A stretch of DNA of 63,854 nucleotides, filler included, from an uncultured Methanosarcinales archaeon (GTDB taxonomy: Archaea; Nanobdellota; Nanobdellia; Woesearchaeales; CAZKBD01), in the NCBI GenBank assembly GCA_964550945.1. It is 9 parts of 9 records of this genome, joined end to end, with 100 filler letters (N's around TTAATTAATTAA, not from the genome) between each part and the next. Parts side by side here need not be neighbours in the genome. Positions count along the whole stretch, not along the records: positions 29,095 to 36,078 come from CAZKBD010000089.1; positions 36,179 to 43,148 come from CAZKBD010000090.1; 7 more parts are not named here. The stretch is one strand, 5' to 3'. Positions 32,647 through 42,409 of the stretch are shown in pieces. The notes under the pieces are model-generated. The model was not told where the DNA came from. It saw only the letters and a list, made by a program, of their open reading frames with translations, and ran no database searches. Within the stretch, counting starts at the first letter, position 1. Every line of letters starts with the position of its first letter. Made by a program: the position numbers and the translations under genes.

Positions 32647-33702
32647 TTAGTTACGATGCGGCAGGTTTATTAATGTTTTGATTACCCTATACGGGCTTGC
32701 CAACCCATAACTATAAAAAAAATAAAAATAACTCACAATAATAGCAAATACTCCTGCAGATGCTATGGCAAAATATTTCAGGAAGTTCATTATTTTCAAA
32801 TAGCTTAGTCTATTTGCGCTTTTTGCAGGTTTTAGCTTAAACCTGAGGTTTAGTCTCGCGATTATTTTGTTCAATATGTTGCTGCCTTCGATATACGCTG
32901 GCCCACATCTAATTTTCGGATTTGACTTGATTGCTCCGGTTATGTATTTTGCCATCATCCATGATTGATTAAACAAGCCAGCATAATTAAAAACTATGTA
33001 GTTGCGGTTCTCCATGATTTCTCTTATAAGGCCCTGCACATCATTTGTTTTTGCAGCTACGCATGCTCCTTTGAAGCCAGGCACATGGGCATCTTTGCCA
33101 GCCACGATTGGAAGGCTGTATTTTGAAGCAATAAACAGAATTGCAAGATTCTCTATTATGCTACGTTTTTCATTTATTTCAACAGGCAGCTTGTTATCAA
33201 TTATGAATTTAAAGTAAGAGGCATAGTTGAATTTACCTGGCCTAGGTTTAGAAAAAGGATGGCAAGCAACAACTAAAGCCCCATTATTGTTACATTCCTT
33301 CAGTAGCATGAGTACATCATTTTTTTCTGCTATGTCCTGCAGATAAGAAGAGAATTTTAAGTCCTTTATACCAAGAATAGCCAAATGAACCCATCCAGCG
33401 TTAGGTATTTTTACTTCTGCTTCAATGCTTAGTATATTATTTGGGGGAGTTGTGCCTTTTGTATGCCACGGAACTCCTTTGACATGATGTTCAGTAAAGA
33501 ATACCATATCAACGCCAGATTCTTTTGAGTGGGTGGTTATGTAGCTATCCGTGGTTTTAATATTTCCTGGGACATCAATAGAGCCTATTCTTTTGTTGGG
33601 GTATCCGCAACTATGCTGGTGCAGTTGTGCTACTATATAACCTTCTTTTCTGAGCCTTTGAGCATGTTTCCACGTTATTAATCTGCTTAGATAGCTACTC
33701 AA
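32647..33702 (-). CDS. PHP-domain phosphoesterase-like protein with C-terminal TM segment
   Basis: LHQHS, FTEHH, EAE, HL, CHPF and GKDAH motifs. Confidence 0.72.
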   Translation of the reverse strand: MSSYLSRLITWKHAQRLRKEGYIVAQLHQHSCGYPNKRIGSIDVPGNIKTTDSYITTHSKESGVDMVFFTEHHVKGVPWHTKGTTPPNNILSIEAEVKIPNAGWVHLAILGIKDLKFSSYLQDIAEKNDVLMLLKECNNNGALVVACHPFSKPRPGKFNYASYFKFIIDNKLPVEINEKRSIIENLAILFIASKYSLPIVAGKDAHVPGFKGACVAAKTNDVQGLIREIMENRNYIVFNYAGLFNQSWMMAKYITGAIKSNPKIRCGPAYIEGSNILNKIIARLNLRFKLKPAKSANRLSYLKIMNFLKYFAIASAGVFAIIVSYFYFFYSYGLASPYRVIKTLINLPHRN

Positions 33703-33820
33703 TTGTATCCCTCATATCCACCCCAATAAGTTGGAGTTGCATATTTTGCTGATATTTGTTGTATATCCCCCAAAAAAGTTGGATAAGTATATAAATTATG
33801 TATGCGCTGGGAAGATTAAA

Positions 33821-33944
33821 CGCGCCGGGGAAGATTTGAACTCCCGACCTATTAAGCGGATTCATGAAATTGGACCCACAGCTTAGGAGGCTCTAGCGGA
33901 TGTTTAGCGTATCAGTCGCTCTATCCAAGCTGAGCTACCGGCGC
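33821..33944 (-). tRNA. tRNA-Arg(CCT) with two non-canonical introns (28/29 at 33893-33914; 42/43 at 33852-33878)
   Basis: Acceptor GCGCCGG/CCGGCGC. Removing both introns gives ACAGC-CTCCTAA-GCTGT-AGGTC-GGGAG-TTCAAAT-CTTCC. BHB helices AGCG/CGCT and AAGC/GCTT. Confidence 0.9.
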
Positions 33945-33990
33945 ATAATGGCTAAGAAATATAGTTTGTTTATTAGTTTTTTGGTGAGAA

Positions 33991-34320
33991 TTAGTCCTTA
34001 TGACCCACTTTTTCACTATTTTGATAAGCTTGGTAAATGTCTTGAGCAACCTCAGAATTGACTTCATAGTAAGACCTTCTCCCCTTAGGTACTAATTTCA
34101 GAGCATGCAGGCCCTCTAATTCTCTTAAAGCAGCGATAGTGGTATCATAATTCTCAACAAGATCCCCTAATTGTTTTTGGGGTTTTCTATAGCTGATTTG
34201 GATGGCATTATTTTGAATAACTAGTTCAAGAACTGCTGCTTGCTGAGGTGTTAATTGTGGACTATTAGCTCTCATTTTATTGTTTGTAAGCAGGGGTAAC
34301 TTAAAAGTTTTGCGATTCAT
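33991..34320 (-). CDS. Small winged-helix-like protein (start may be an internal Met)
   Basis: LTPQQAAVLELV...ALRELEGLHAL...GRRSYYEV pattern. Confidence 0.55.
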   Translation of the reverse strand: MNRKTFKLPLLTNNKMRANSPQLTPQQAAVLELVIQNNAIQISYRKPQKQLGDLVENYDTTIAALRELEGLHALKLVPKGRRSYYEVNSEVAQDIYQAYQNSEKVGHKD

Positions 34321-34350
34321 TTATAAAGCTTAAATTTATCACCACTGGTT

Positions 34351-35340
34351 ATGTACAAAATAAAACAAATCCCAGAAGACTTCATTGTAAAAGAGATCAG
34401 CAATGTTAAGATAAAAGAAAAAGGAGCATTCTCTGTTTATTTGTTGAAAAAAACAAACTATACGACAGAAAAAGCTGTCCAAACAATTGCTGATAAGCTG
34501 GGAATAAAGAGAAAATTTATTGGGTATGCGGGCAATAAAGATAGAAAAGCCATAACTGAACAATTAATCTCTATAAAAACTAACAATAAAGTTGATATTA
34601 AATTAAAAGATATTGAATTAAGGTTTTTGGGCTATTCTGATAAGCCTATTTCTATTGGCGACCTTATTGGGAATGGATTTATCATCACTATTAGGGATTT
34701 AAATAAAAAAGATGTTAGTAATTTAAATAAAAAAATTAAAAAAAATCGAATCTTGATTCCAAATTACTTCGGTGAACAAAGGTTTTCTAAGGATAATGTT
34801 AATGTTGGAAGGCTGATCCTAAAGAGAGAGTTTAGGGAGGCTGTTGAATTGATCATTAAAAATAATAAATATTTAGAAGATAAGATTGATGATTATTTAG
34901 ATAAAAATGATTATATTGGCGCTTTAAGGCTGGTTCCTAAGAAGATACTGAAGTTGTATATCCATAGCTTGCAAAGCCATATCTTTAATTCAACGATAGA
35001 TGAGATAATAAATAAAAAACTAAACAAAACACTAATCAAAAATAACAAAAAAATCCCTATTGTAGGTTTTGGGACTGAGATTGGGAACAAAAAAATAGAT
35101 AAGATTATTAATGATTTATTAAAAAAAGAAGAGATTAGCCTAAGGGATTTTATTATAAGGGAAATTCCTGAATTAAGCTCAGAGGGCGGTGAAAGGGGGT
35201 TGTTTATGGAGATAAATGAAGTTAAGATATTAGATAGCTCTGATGATGAATTAAACAAAAACAAGAAAAAAATAAAGATCAATTTTAAATTACAAAAAGG
35301 AAGCTATGCAACTGTTGCTGTTGAGCATTTATTCCCCTAA
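34351..35340 (+). CDS. truD: tRNA pseudouridine(13) synthase TruD
   Basis: PEDFIVKE, YAGNKDRKAITEQ, PNYFGEQRF and GSYAT motifs. Confidence 0.95.
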   Translation: MYKIKQIPEDFIVKEISNVKIKEKGAFSVYLLKKTNYTTEKAVQTIADKLGIKRKFIGYAGNKDRKAITEQLISIKTNNKVDIKLKDIELRFLGYSDKPISIGDLIGNGFIITIRDLNKKDVSNLNKKIKKNRILIPNYFGEQRFSKDNVNVGRLILKREFREAVELIIKNNKYLEDKIDDYLDKNDYIGALRLVPKKILKLYIHSLQSHIFNSTIDEIINKKLNKTLIKNNKKIPIVGFGTEIGNKKIDKIINDLLKKEEISLRDFIIREIPELSSEGGERGLFMEINEVKILDSSDDELNKNKKKIKINFKLQKGSYATVAVEHLFP

Positions 35341-35964
35341 TGCTTCTAAGATTTCGCCAACAGTTACAGTTAGCCCTTTTGATGCATCTATCTCCACCAG
35401 GTTCCCTTTTTTGTTATAGAATTCAATCAAAGGAGCAGTCTGTTCTTCATACACTTTCAACCTATTTTCAATATTTGCTGGATTATCGTCATCTCTCTGG
35501 GAAAGTTCACTACCACATTTATCGCAAATGCCCTCTTTTTTAGGAGGAATATTCTGCAGGTGAAATATCGCGCCGCATTTTTTACATGTTCTTCTTCCAC
35601 TAAGCCTTTGGATTATTAGCCTGGTTGGCGCCTTGAGGTAGATGGCTTTATCAATCTGGATATTGTTTGAATCTAATGCTTCTGCCTGAGGTATTGTTCT
35701 TGGAAAACCATCCAGAATAAAGCCATTTTCGCAGTCTTTCTGCACGATTCTCTGCTTCAGAATGCTGGTCATCAGCTCATCTGGAACTAATTGGCCAGAA
35801 TCCATAAATAATTTGGCCTTTTTTCCAAGCCTTGTGCCTTGTTTTACAGCTTCTCTTAGAAAGTCTCCTGTGGAGATTTGAGGTATCTTTAAGTGGTCAA
35901 TTACAAGTTTTGCTACTGTGCTTTTACCAACACCAGTAGCTCCAAAAAAGATAATCTTTTTCAT
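35329..35964 (-). CDS. adk: Adenylate kinase, bacterial type with zinc lid
   Basis: GATGVGKST, ISTGD, LDGFPRT, CxxC...CxxC and QRDDD motifs. Confidence 0.95.
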   Translation of the reverse strand: MKKIIFFGATGVGKSTVAKLVIDHLKIPQISTGDFLREAVKQGTRLGKKAKLFMDSGQLVPDELMTSILKQRIVQKDCENGFILDGFPRTIPQAEALDSNNIQIDKAIYLKAPTRLIIQRLSGRRTCKKCGAIFHLQNIPPKKEGICDKCGSELSQRDDDNPANIENRLKVYEEQTAPLIEFYNKKGNLVEIDASKGLTVTVGEILEALGE

Positions 35965-36023
35965 AGTCTCGCCATCCCATAATAATCAATGAATATATAA
36001 ATGTTTTCAAGCAATATTTAAAT

Positions 36024-36078
36024 TGAATAATTCGGTAATTAGTTGACACTTCTGCAGTATATAGGTGCTTTTTAAACT
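36024..36078 (-). mobile_element. IS end A
   Basis: TGAATAATTCGGTAATTAGTTGACAC...; reverse complement of 50316-50369 with one mismatch. Confidence 0.8.
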
Positions 36079-36178
36079 NNNNNNNNNNNNNNNNNNNNNN
36101 NNNNNNNNNNNNNNNNNNNNNNTTAATTAATTAANNNNNNNNNNNNNNNNNNNNNNNNNNNNNNNNNNNNNNNNNNNN

Positions 36179-36250
36179 TATAAAATTTGAGCTAAATCTC
36201 AAGTTTTTATATCCTAATAGGGTGGGATATTACCAAGCTCAAATTTTATA
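36179..36250. repeat. 15-bp perfect inverted repeat enclosing an inner hairpin
   Basis: TATAAAATTTGAGCT (36179-36193) / AGCTCAAATTTTATA (36236-36250); inner ATATCC/GGATAT. Confidence 0.7.
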
Positions 36251-36313
36251 TAACTTCTAACTGAATTGAAGTTAAAAAAGTATTTAAATACAAGCTATGC
36301 ATTCTTACTTCTT

Positions 36314-38458
36314 ATGAAACAAACAATATTCATTGCAGTTGGGCTTTTAGTCCTCTTATTAGCTAGTTGTGCAGTAACACCGCCAGAAGAGAAAACAGGA
36401 GTTAAGAAGTTTACATCACAAGCTGAATTGATCCAATTTCTAAAAGATAACCAGGGATCATCTTATGGCTATGGCTATTATGGCCGCGGCGTAATGATGA
36501 AAGGAGCTGTTTTAGAAGAAGCTATTGCTGTTCCAACAGCAGCTGCTGCAGATGTAGCAGGCGGAGCAGATGAATACTCAACCACAAACATTCAGGTTGA
36601 AGGTGTTGATGAAGCAGATATAGTAAAAAATGATGGAAAATACATCTATATAGTGTCTGGTAAAAAAGTCGTGATAGTTGACGCTTACCCAGCAGAAAAT
36701 GCTAAAATACTATCTGAAATAGAATTTAAAGGAACACCTAGTGAGATTTTTATTAACAAAGATAGATTAGTTGTTATTGGCCAGGATTATAACCCTGAGC
36801 CTAGGGTAGCTGAAAAAACCATTGCAGCTGAAAGAATGATGCCATCTTATCGAAGTTCAACAGAAGCGTTCATTAATCTGTATGATGTTTCTGACAGATC
36901 AGACCCAGAACTGGAAAAAGAATTCTCTGTAGATGCAAACTATTTTGATTCAAGAATGATAGGCAATTATGTTTACATTATAGCTAACCAAGATGTCTAC
37001 TATAATGATAATATTGTTCCTTTGCCTAGAATCACATATGACGGCGTTACAAAAGAAATACCTGCATCTGACATCTATTACTTCCCAATGCCAGATGATT
37101 CACACCAGTATACTCATATAATCTCACTGAACACTCAAGAAGAGGAAGAGCCACTAACAAAGGTATTCCTGATCGGAGCAAACCAGAATCTTTTTGTCTC
37201 GCAAAACAACATCTACACGACAGGCATGAAGAGAGTAAGCCCTATATATTATTGGGAGAAGATGGTTGACAAGGTGATATCTCAGGCGTATCCTGCAGTT
37301 GTAAGCATTGAGATAAACCGAGCTATTAAATCAGACAAATCAATGTACGAAAAACAAAACGAAATACAAAAAATCACAGAAAACTATTATAATTCCCTTT
37401 CCAGCGAAGACGAAAAAAGGGCTATTGAAAATAAGATGCAGCAAAGCATGATTGATTTTGAGCAAGACATTGCCAAAGAGACTCAAAAGACAGTTATTCA
37501 TAAAATATCTGTAAAAGACGGAGACATAAACTATGAAACCCAAGGAGAAGTTTCTGGCAATGTTCTGAACCAATTCAGCATGGATGAATATAATGGCAAT
37601 TTCAGGATTGCCACAACAATCAGCGGTTACTCAAACAACAAAGACATATCAACAAACAATGTATATGTTTTAGATGAAGACCTTAACACTATTGGCGAAG
37701 TCGAAGATATAGCATTTGGGGAAAGCATCTATGCAGTGAGATTTATGGGTGATAGGGCATATATGGTCACATTCAAGCATGTAGACCCGTTATTTGTTAT
37801 TGACTTATCAGACCCGTCTAATCCAAAAGTTCTTGGCAAACTAAAGATACCAGGATATTCAGATTATCTCCATCCTTATGATGCAACACACCTCATCGGA
37901 ATCGGAAAAGAGGTAGATGAAAGCATTGACGCTGATAAAGTGCACACAGAAGGAGCTGTTTATTACACAGCAATACAGGGTGTAAAATTAGCGCTCTTTG
38001 ATGTCAGCGATGTCTCTAATCCGATTGAAATGTACAAAGAGGTTATTGGGGATAGAGGAACTGAAAGCTTGGCAACCAGCGAGCATAAGGCGTTCCTTTT
38101 TGACAAGAACAATGAGCTGTTAGTAGTTCCAATGACTGTTGCTGAAAGAAAACCAGGCCAACCCAAAGAGATGGAAGGCGAATTTGTATTTCAAGGGGCA
38201 TATGTTTACACTCTCAACCTAGAAGATGGATTTAATCTAAGAGGCAGAGTAAGCCATATCGAAGACAAAGATGCATATGATAAGAGCGGCTATTATTTCT
38301 ATTCGCCTTACTCTATAAAAAGATCATTGTATATGGACGAGGTATTATACACTCTTTCAGACAAGGCAATAAAGATGAATGACTTAAATGGAATGGAAGA
38401 GCTGAATAAACTAGGGCTTCCTTACGAAGAAGGGATGCCAAGTTACGTAGTATACTAA
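36314..38458 (+). CDS. Secreted beta-propeller-domain lipoprotein
   Basis: Start reassigned to MKQTIF. LASC lipobox; YSTTNIQVEGVDEADIVK, LNQFSMDE, DPLFVIDL and LKIPGYSDYLHP motifs. Confidence 0.9.
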   Translation: MKQTIFIAVGLLVLLLASCAVTPPEEKTGVKKFTSQAELIQFLKDNQGSSYGYGYYGRGVMMKGAVLEEAIAVPTAAAADVAGGADEYSTTNIQVEGVDEADIVKNDGKYIYIVSGKKVVIVDAYPAENAKILSEIEFKGTPSEIFINKDRLVVIGQDYNPEPRVAEKTIAAERMMPSYRSSTEAFINLYDVSDRSDPELEKEFSVDANYFDSRMIGNYVYIIANQDVYYNDNIVPLPRITYDGVTKEIPASDIYYFPMPDDSHQYTHIISLNTQEEEEPLTKVFLIGANQNLFVSQNNIYTTGMKRVSPIYYWEKMVDKVISQAYPAVVSIEINRAIKSDKSMYEKQNEIQKITENYYNSLSSEDEKRAIENKMQQSMIDFEQDIAKETQKTVIHKISVKDGDINYETQGEVSGNVLNQFSMDEYNGNFRIATTISGYSNNKDISTNNVYVLDEDLNTIGEVEDIAFGESIYAVRFMGDRAYMVTFKHVDPLFVIDLSDPSNPKVLGKLKIPGYSDYLHPYDATHLIGIGKEVDESIDADKVHTEGAVYYTAIQGVKLALFDVSDVSNPIEMYKEVIGDRGTESLATSEHKAFLFDKNNELLVVPMTVAERKPGQPKEMEGEFVFQGAYVYTLNLEDGFNLRGRVSHIEDKDAYDKSGYYFYSPYSIKRSLYMDEVLYTLSDKAIKMNDLNGMEELNKLGLPYEEGMPSYVVY

Positions 38459-38629
38459 TTTTTTATCTTCTATTTTTATCATTTAGTAGTGATAAATCAA
38501 TAAGCTTTATATACTACCTATAACCCCATTCTTAACACCAAGAACAGAATTTATATAATTTATATACAATATAAGGTTGATCTGGCTCTTACATTTTTGA
38601 CAAGAGGACTATCAAGGTAAAAACTGCAC

Positions 38630-39871
38630 ATGGCAAAAAAACAATTTAAGGAAATAGACTTGGATGGATTAGTAGATAGGATACTATCTGAACAATTTCA
38701 AGCTATAAATGGCGAGCATATCCTGCTTTACTTAGGCGTCCACAATTACCGTGATTCTTGCCAATCTATGGAAAAAAGAGGGGATCACAAAGGGGTTTTC
38801 TTGCTGACAACTGCAGTTATGGAGGCTGCTGATGCCATAGCAAAAGAAAGAGAATCCTCAAGTGGTAGCATGGGAAAGCCATCTAATTTTACAGGCGATG
38901 GTTATTTGTTCAGTTTTCCACCAAATGCAGATATCGCAGCAATTCAAACAGCTGTTGACCTGGTTCATATTGGCAGAGCTATTTCTGACATAGGTTTTTT
39001 AGGATCCAATGAAGTATATATGAAAGCAGGGCTGTACAAAGGCCCCTGCATGTTAGCTTGGATTGATGGTGATTATATGCCCATTGGCAGAGCCCCATCA
39101 AAGGTGTTTCGCCTTTATGACGCTGCCAGGCCATCAGAGATAATTGCTAGCAGCTCAATTATGCATGAACATAGGGATAAATTCCAAGCTAAACCTATAA
39201 ATGGTTTAAGGCTTCAGGGCATTGATGCTAAACGAACTGCTTATAGCGTTGAGCCTAGTGGAAATCCAACTAGTGAAGTTAGAGAAGCATTATCTGCTGC
39301 CAAAAGATCAAATGTTAACCCTACTTATGGAAGGCGCATACTTTTGCGCTTTGACGCTTCTGGCTTTACCAACTTTTGTGACTGGCATGAATCTAGGCAG
39401 GACTATGATCCTATTGCTAGCTTAGTTCATCTTCTTACTGAAGGTGGAAAATCTATCATAAACAACTATGGAGGCCAACTATGTTATTTTACCGGTGATG
39501 GGTTTGAGGCGTCATTTGATAGAAAAAACGCTGAAGGCGCTTTAAGAGCAGCAATCGGCTTAAGAGAATTTGGAAGGGCAATTGACAGGGCGAAAGTATT
39601 CCCAAAATATCATCCCGGTGTAAAGGCAGTGGTTCATGCAGGCAACTGTATTTATGTGTCACACGGCCCTTATATTAGGATGCCATTAGGTCATGCTTTT
39701 GCAGCTCTCAAAGAGATAGAGCACCATGCATGGCCAAATCAAATAGTGGTTAGTGCTCCAACATTTCAATTAGTAGCAGATAAATTTCAGGCAGAAAGAA
39801 TATCTCAACACCCAATAAGCTCGCTGCCTTCTGGAACTAGCGTATATAGGGTAAGAAATTTAGTGGATTGA
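38630..39871 (+). CDS. Protein with two tandem class III nucleotidyl cyclase-like domains
   Basis: Internal duplication: NFTGDG / YFTGDG, KAGLYKG / KAVVHAG, MPIG / MPLG. FDASGFT is present only in domain 2. Confidence 0.75.
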   Translation: MAKKQFKEIDLDGLVDRILSEQFQAINGEHILLYLGVHNYRDSCQSMEKRGDHKGVFLLTTAVMEAADAIAKERESSSGSMGKPSNFTGDGYLFSFPPNADIAAIQTAVDLVHIGRAISDIGFLGSNEVYMKAGLYKGPCMLAWIDGDYMPIGRAPSKVFRLYDAARPSEIIASSSIMHEHRDKFQAKPINGLRLQGIDAKRTAYSVEPSGNPTSEVREALSAAKRSNVNPTYGRRILLRFDASGFTNFCDWHESRQDYDPIASLVHLLTEGGKSIINNYGGQLCYFTGDGFEASFDRKNAEGALRAAIGLREFGRAIDRAKVFPKYHPGVKAVVHAGNCIYVSHGPYIRMPLGHAFAALKEIEHHAWPNQIVVSAPTFQLVADKFQAERISQHPISSLPSGTSVYRVRNLVD

Positions 39872-39907
39872 CAATATCCAAAAAAATAATATAAAAAATA
39901 AAAATAA

Positions 39908-41554
39908 CTACATATCCATTCCAGGCGGCATACCCCCGCCCATTCCAGGCGGCATCTGAGGCATTCCTCCTCCTGATTTTCCAGAGCCAGCAATCACATC
40001 ATCAATCCTTAATATCATAACTGCCACTTCTGCTGCTGAGCTTATTGCCTGTGTTTTTATCTTTAAAGGCTCAATTACTCCTCTCTTCCATGCATCAACT
40101 ACCTTTCCTGTGAACACATCAATGCCAGCCCATTTCTGCTTTTTGTCGTGAGCGCTCTTTAGCTCTGTAAGGATGTCAATTGGATCTATTCCCGCATTCT
40201 CCGCCAGGGTCCTTGGGATTACCTCTATTGCATCTGCAAATGCATTTACTGCTAGCTGTTCTCTCCCAGATAATGAATCAGCAAACTTTCTGAGCTCTCT
40301 TGCCAGCTCAATCTCAGTAGCTCCTGCTCCAGCAACAATCTTTCCAACCTTTAAAGCAGATGCAACATCACCGATAGCGTCAGTTATTGCCCTCTTGACT
40401 TCATCAACAACATGCTCTGTCCCTCCTCTGATCAGCATTGTGACTGATTTTGGGTTTTTGCATTCTCTCACATAAGTCATCTGCTCGTCTCCAACTTTTA
40501 CCTCTTCAACAATCCCTGCTTTTCCCAAATCATCAGCTCCTAGATCATCTAAGTTTGTGACTACCTTTGCGCCAGTTGCTCTTGCCAATGCATCCATATC
40601 AGATTTTTTGGCTCTTCTTACTGCATAAATTCCCTTCTTTGCCAGGAAATGCTGTGCAATATCATCAATGCCTTTTTGGCATATAACCACATTAGCTCCA
40701 GAAGCAGCAATCTTCTCAACCTTGTCCCTTAGCATTTTCTCTTCCTGGTCAATAAATGCCTGCATCTGGCTCGGGTCTGTTATCTGGATTTTAGCGTCTA
40801 TCTCTGTATTCTTGATCTCAACAGCAGAATCAATCAAAGCGATTTTTGCATTTTTTACTGATTTTGGCATTCCGCTATGCACTCTTTCTTTGTCTAAAAT
40901 AACTCCTTCAACAAGCTCTGTATCATCAACAGAAGCTCCAACCTTTTTCTCAAGCTTTATGTTTTCTGCATCAATCACCAGTTTTCCATTTTCATATTCA
41001 GAAATGTCTTTCACAGCTTTTACTGTCAGGTCAGCCAGCTTCTCTTTTGAAGATTCAGCGCCTTTTCCAGTCATTGCTGTAATTGCGATATTTTTTAAAG
41101 TAGCAGTATCCTTATCTGAGACATCTTCAGCCATTTTGTTTAGGATTTCCTGCGCTTTTTCTTCAGCCAGCCTATAGCCTTTTGCTATAACGGTTGGATG
41201 CACTTCTTTATCCAGTAAATTTTCAGCGTTCTTCAGCAGCTCTCCTGCAATTACAACTGCAGTAGTTGTTCCATCTCCTACTTCAGCCTCTTGTGTCTTT
41301 GCAACCTCAACAATCATCTTCGCAGCTGGATGCTCAATCTGCATCTCTTCAAGAATTGTGACTCCATCATTTGTAACAGTAACATCGCCTAAGCTGTCAA
41401 CAATCATCTTGTCCATTCCTTTTGGCCCAAGAGTTGTCCTTACAGTCTCAGCAACTAATTTAGCTGCCATTATGTTTGTTCTCTGGGCATTCTTGCCTGT
41501 AGTCCTTTGTGTGCCTTCTGGCAAAATAAATATCGGTTGTATTTGGTTTGACAT
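39908..41554 (-). CDS. ths: Thermosome (group II chaperonin) subunit
   Basis: [24 protein letters not shown] and LRIDDVI motifs; GGM tail. Confidence 0.98.
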   Translation of the reverse strand: MSNQIQPIFILPEGTQRTTGKNAQRTNIMAAKLVAETVRTTLGPKGMDKMIVDSLGDVTVTNDGVTILEEMQIEHPAAKMIVEVAKTQEAEVGDGTTTAVVIAGELLKNAENLLDKEVHPTVIAKGYRLAEEKAQEILNKMAEDVSDKDTATLKNIAITAMTGKGAESSKEKLADLTVKAVKDISEYENGKLVIDAENIKLEKKVGASVDDTELVEGVILDKERVHSGMPKSVKNAKIALIDSAVEIKNTEIDAKIQITDPSQMQAFIDQEEKMLRDKVEKIAASGANVVICQKGIDDIAQHFLAKKGIYAVRRAKKSDMDALARATGAKVVTNLDDLGADDLGKAGIVEEVKVGDEQMTYVRECKNPKSVTMLIRGGTEHVVDEVKRAITDAIGDVASALKVGKIVAGAGATEIELARELRKFADSLSGREQLAVNAFADAIEVIPRTLAENAGIDPIDILTELKSAHDKKQKWAGIDVFTGKVVDAWKRGVIEPLKIKTQAISSAAEVAVMILRIDDVIAGSGKSGGGMPQMPPGMGGGMPPGMDM

Positions 41555-41680
41555 ATTACTCCACCTCCTAATATGATCAAAATCGCTGATTTTGTAAATA
41601 ACCAGTTCTATATAAAGCTTATGGTTTTGTGTAAACTAATCACAGAAAAATTTATATACAATCCTTGATAAGTAGCAAGA

Positions 41681-41920
41681 TTGGTAAGAATGAAAAAATG
41701 CCATGAATGTGGTGGGAAATTAGAAAAAGCTATTGAATTAATAGAGAATGAGCCAGTGCATACCTTTAAATGTGTTAAATGTGGGGAGTCAATTGCATCT
41801 CTGGACGAATATGATAGGGTAAGAAAAAAACTGCACCCTAAATTTTCTGAAAGACTAAAATCATTATTCCAGTTGGGACATAATCCCTCACCAGACCTAT
41901 TTAAAGGAAAAATATTATAG
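41681..41920 (+). CDS. YgiT/MqsA-type zinc-ribbon protein
   Basis: KCHECGG and KCVKCGE motifs. Confidence 0.65.
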   Translation: MVRMKKCHECGGKLEKAIELIENEPVHTFKCVKCGESIASLDEYDRVRKKLHPKFSERLKSLFQLGHNPSPDLFKGKIL

Positions 41921-42289
41921 GCTATAGTACACTTTTCCTTCTCTGCTGTGTTTGTCTACGGGTGAGAGATGTATCACTATTATGTCTTGATAAACCTTAA
42001 ATGAGATCAATATTAATTTGCCAAAAATAGAGTGCTTGTGTATGCAGTAATACCTTGCAATCTTTTTTTCGTATTCTTCAATATTCTCTTTGTCTTTTTC
42101 CTTATATATCTCTGAACCATTGTAGTGTTTACCCTTTTTTAAACACCCTATTATAAATTCCCTATCATAGTAATATAGATGTTTCCACATATCTCGAATT
42201 GCATGTGTAGTAATATTTATTTTATCCTCATCAATAAATTTGAATATCTTACTGAGCGTTGCGTCATCAATCATACTCCACTTAAACAA
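41915..42289 (-). CDS. DUF4258/RelE-like putative RNase toxin
   Basis: INITTHAIRDM...IIGCLKKG...RYYC...LILISF...IIVIH pattern. Confidence 0.5.
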   Translation of the reverse strand: MFKWSMIDDATLSKIFKFIDEDKINITTHAIRDMWKHLYYYDREFIIGCLKKGKHYNGSEIYKEKDKENIEEYEKKIARYYCIHKHSIFGKLILISFKVYQDIIVIHLSPVDKHSREGKVYYSL

Positions 42290-42409
42290 GTAAGGTATTA
42301 TTTAAATTTTATGCCCTATTATTCTGTAAACTTAAAGCGTGGTGGGGGGTTCTAATTCTTGAAAAACGAGAAAAGTTTATATAGGATAATCAAGAATATC
42401 ATAATTTAG

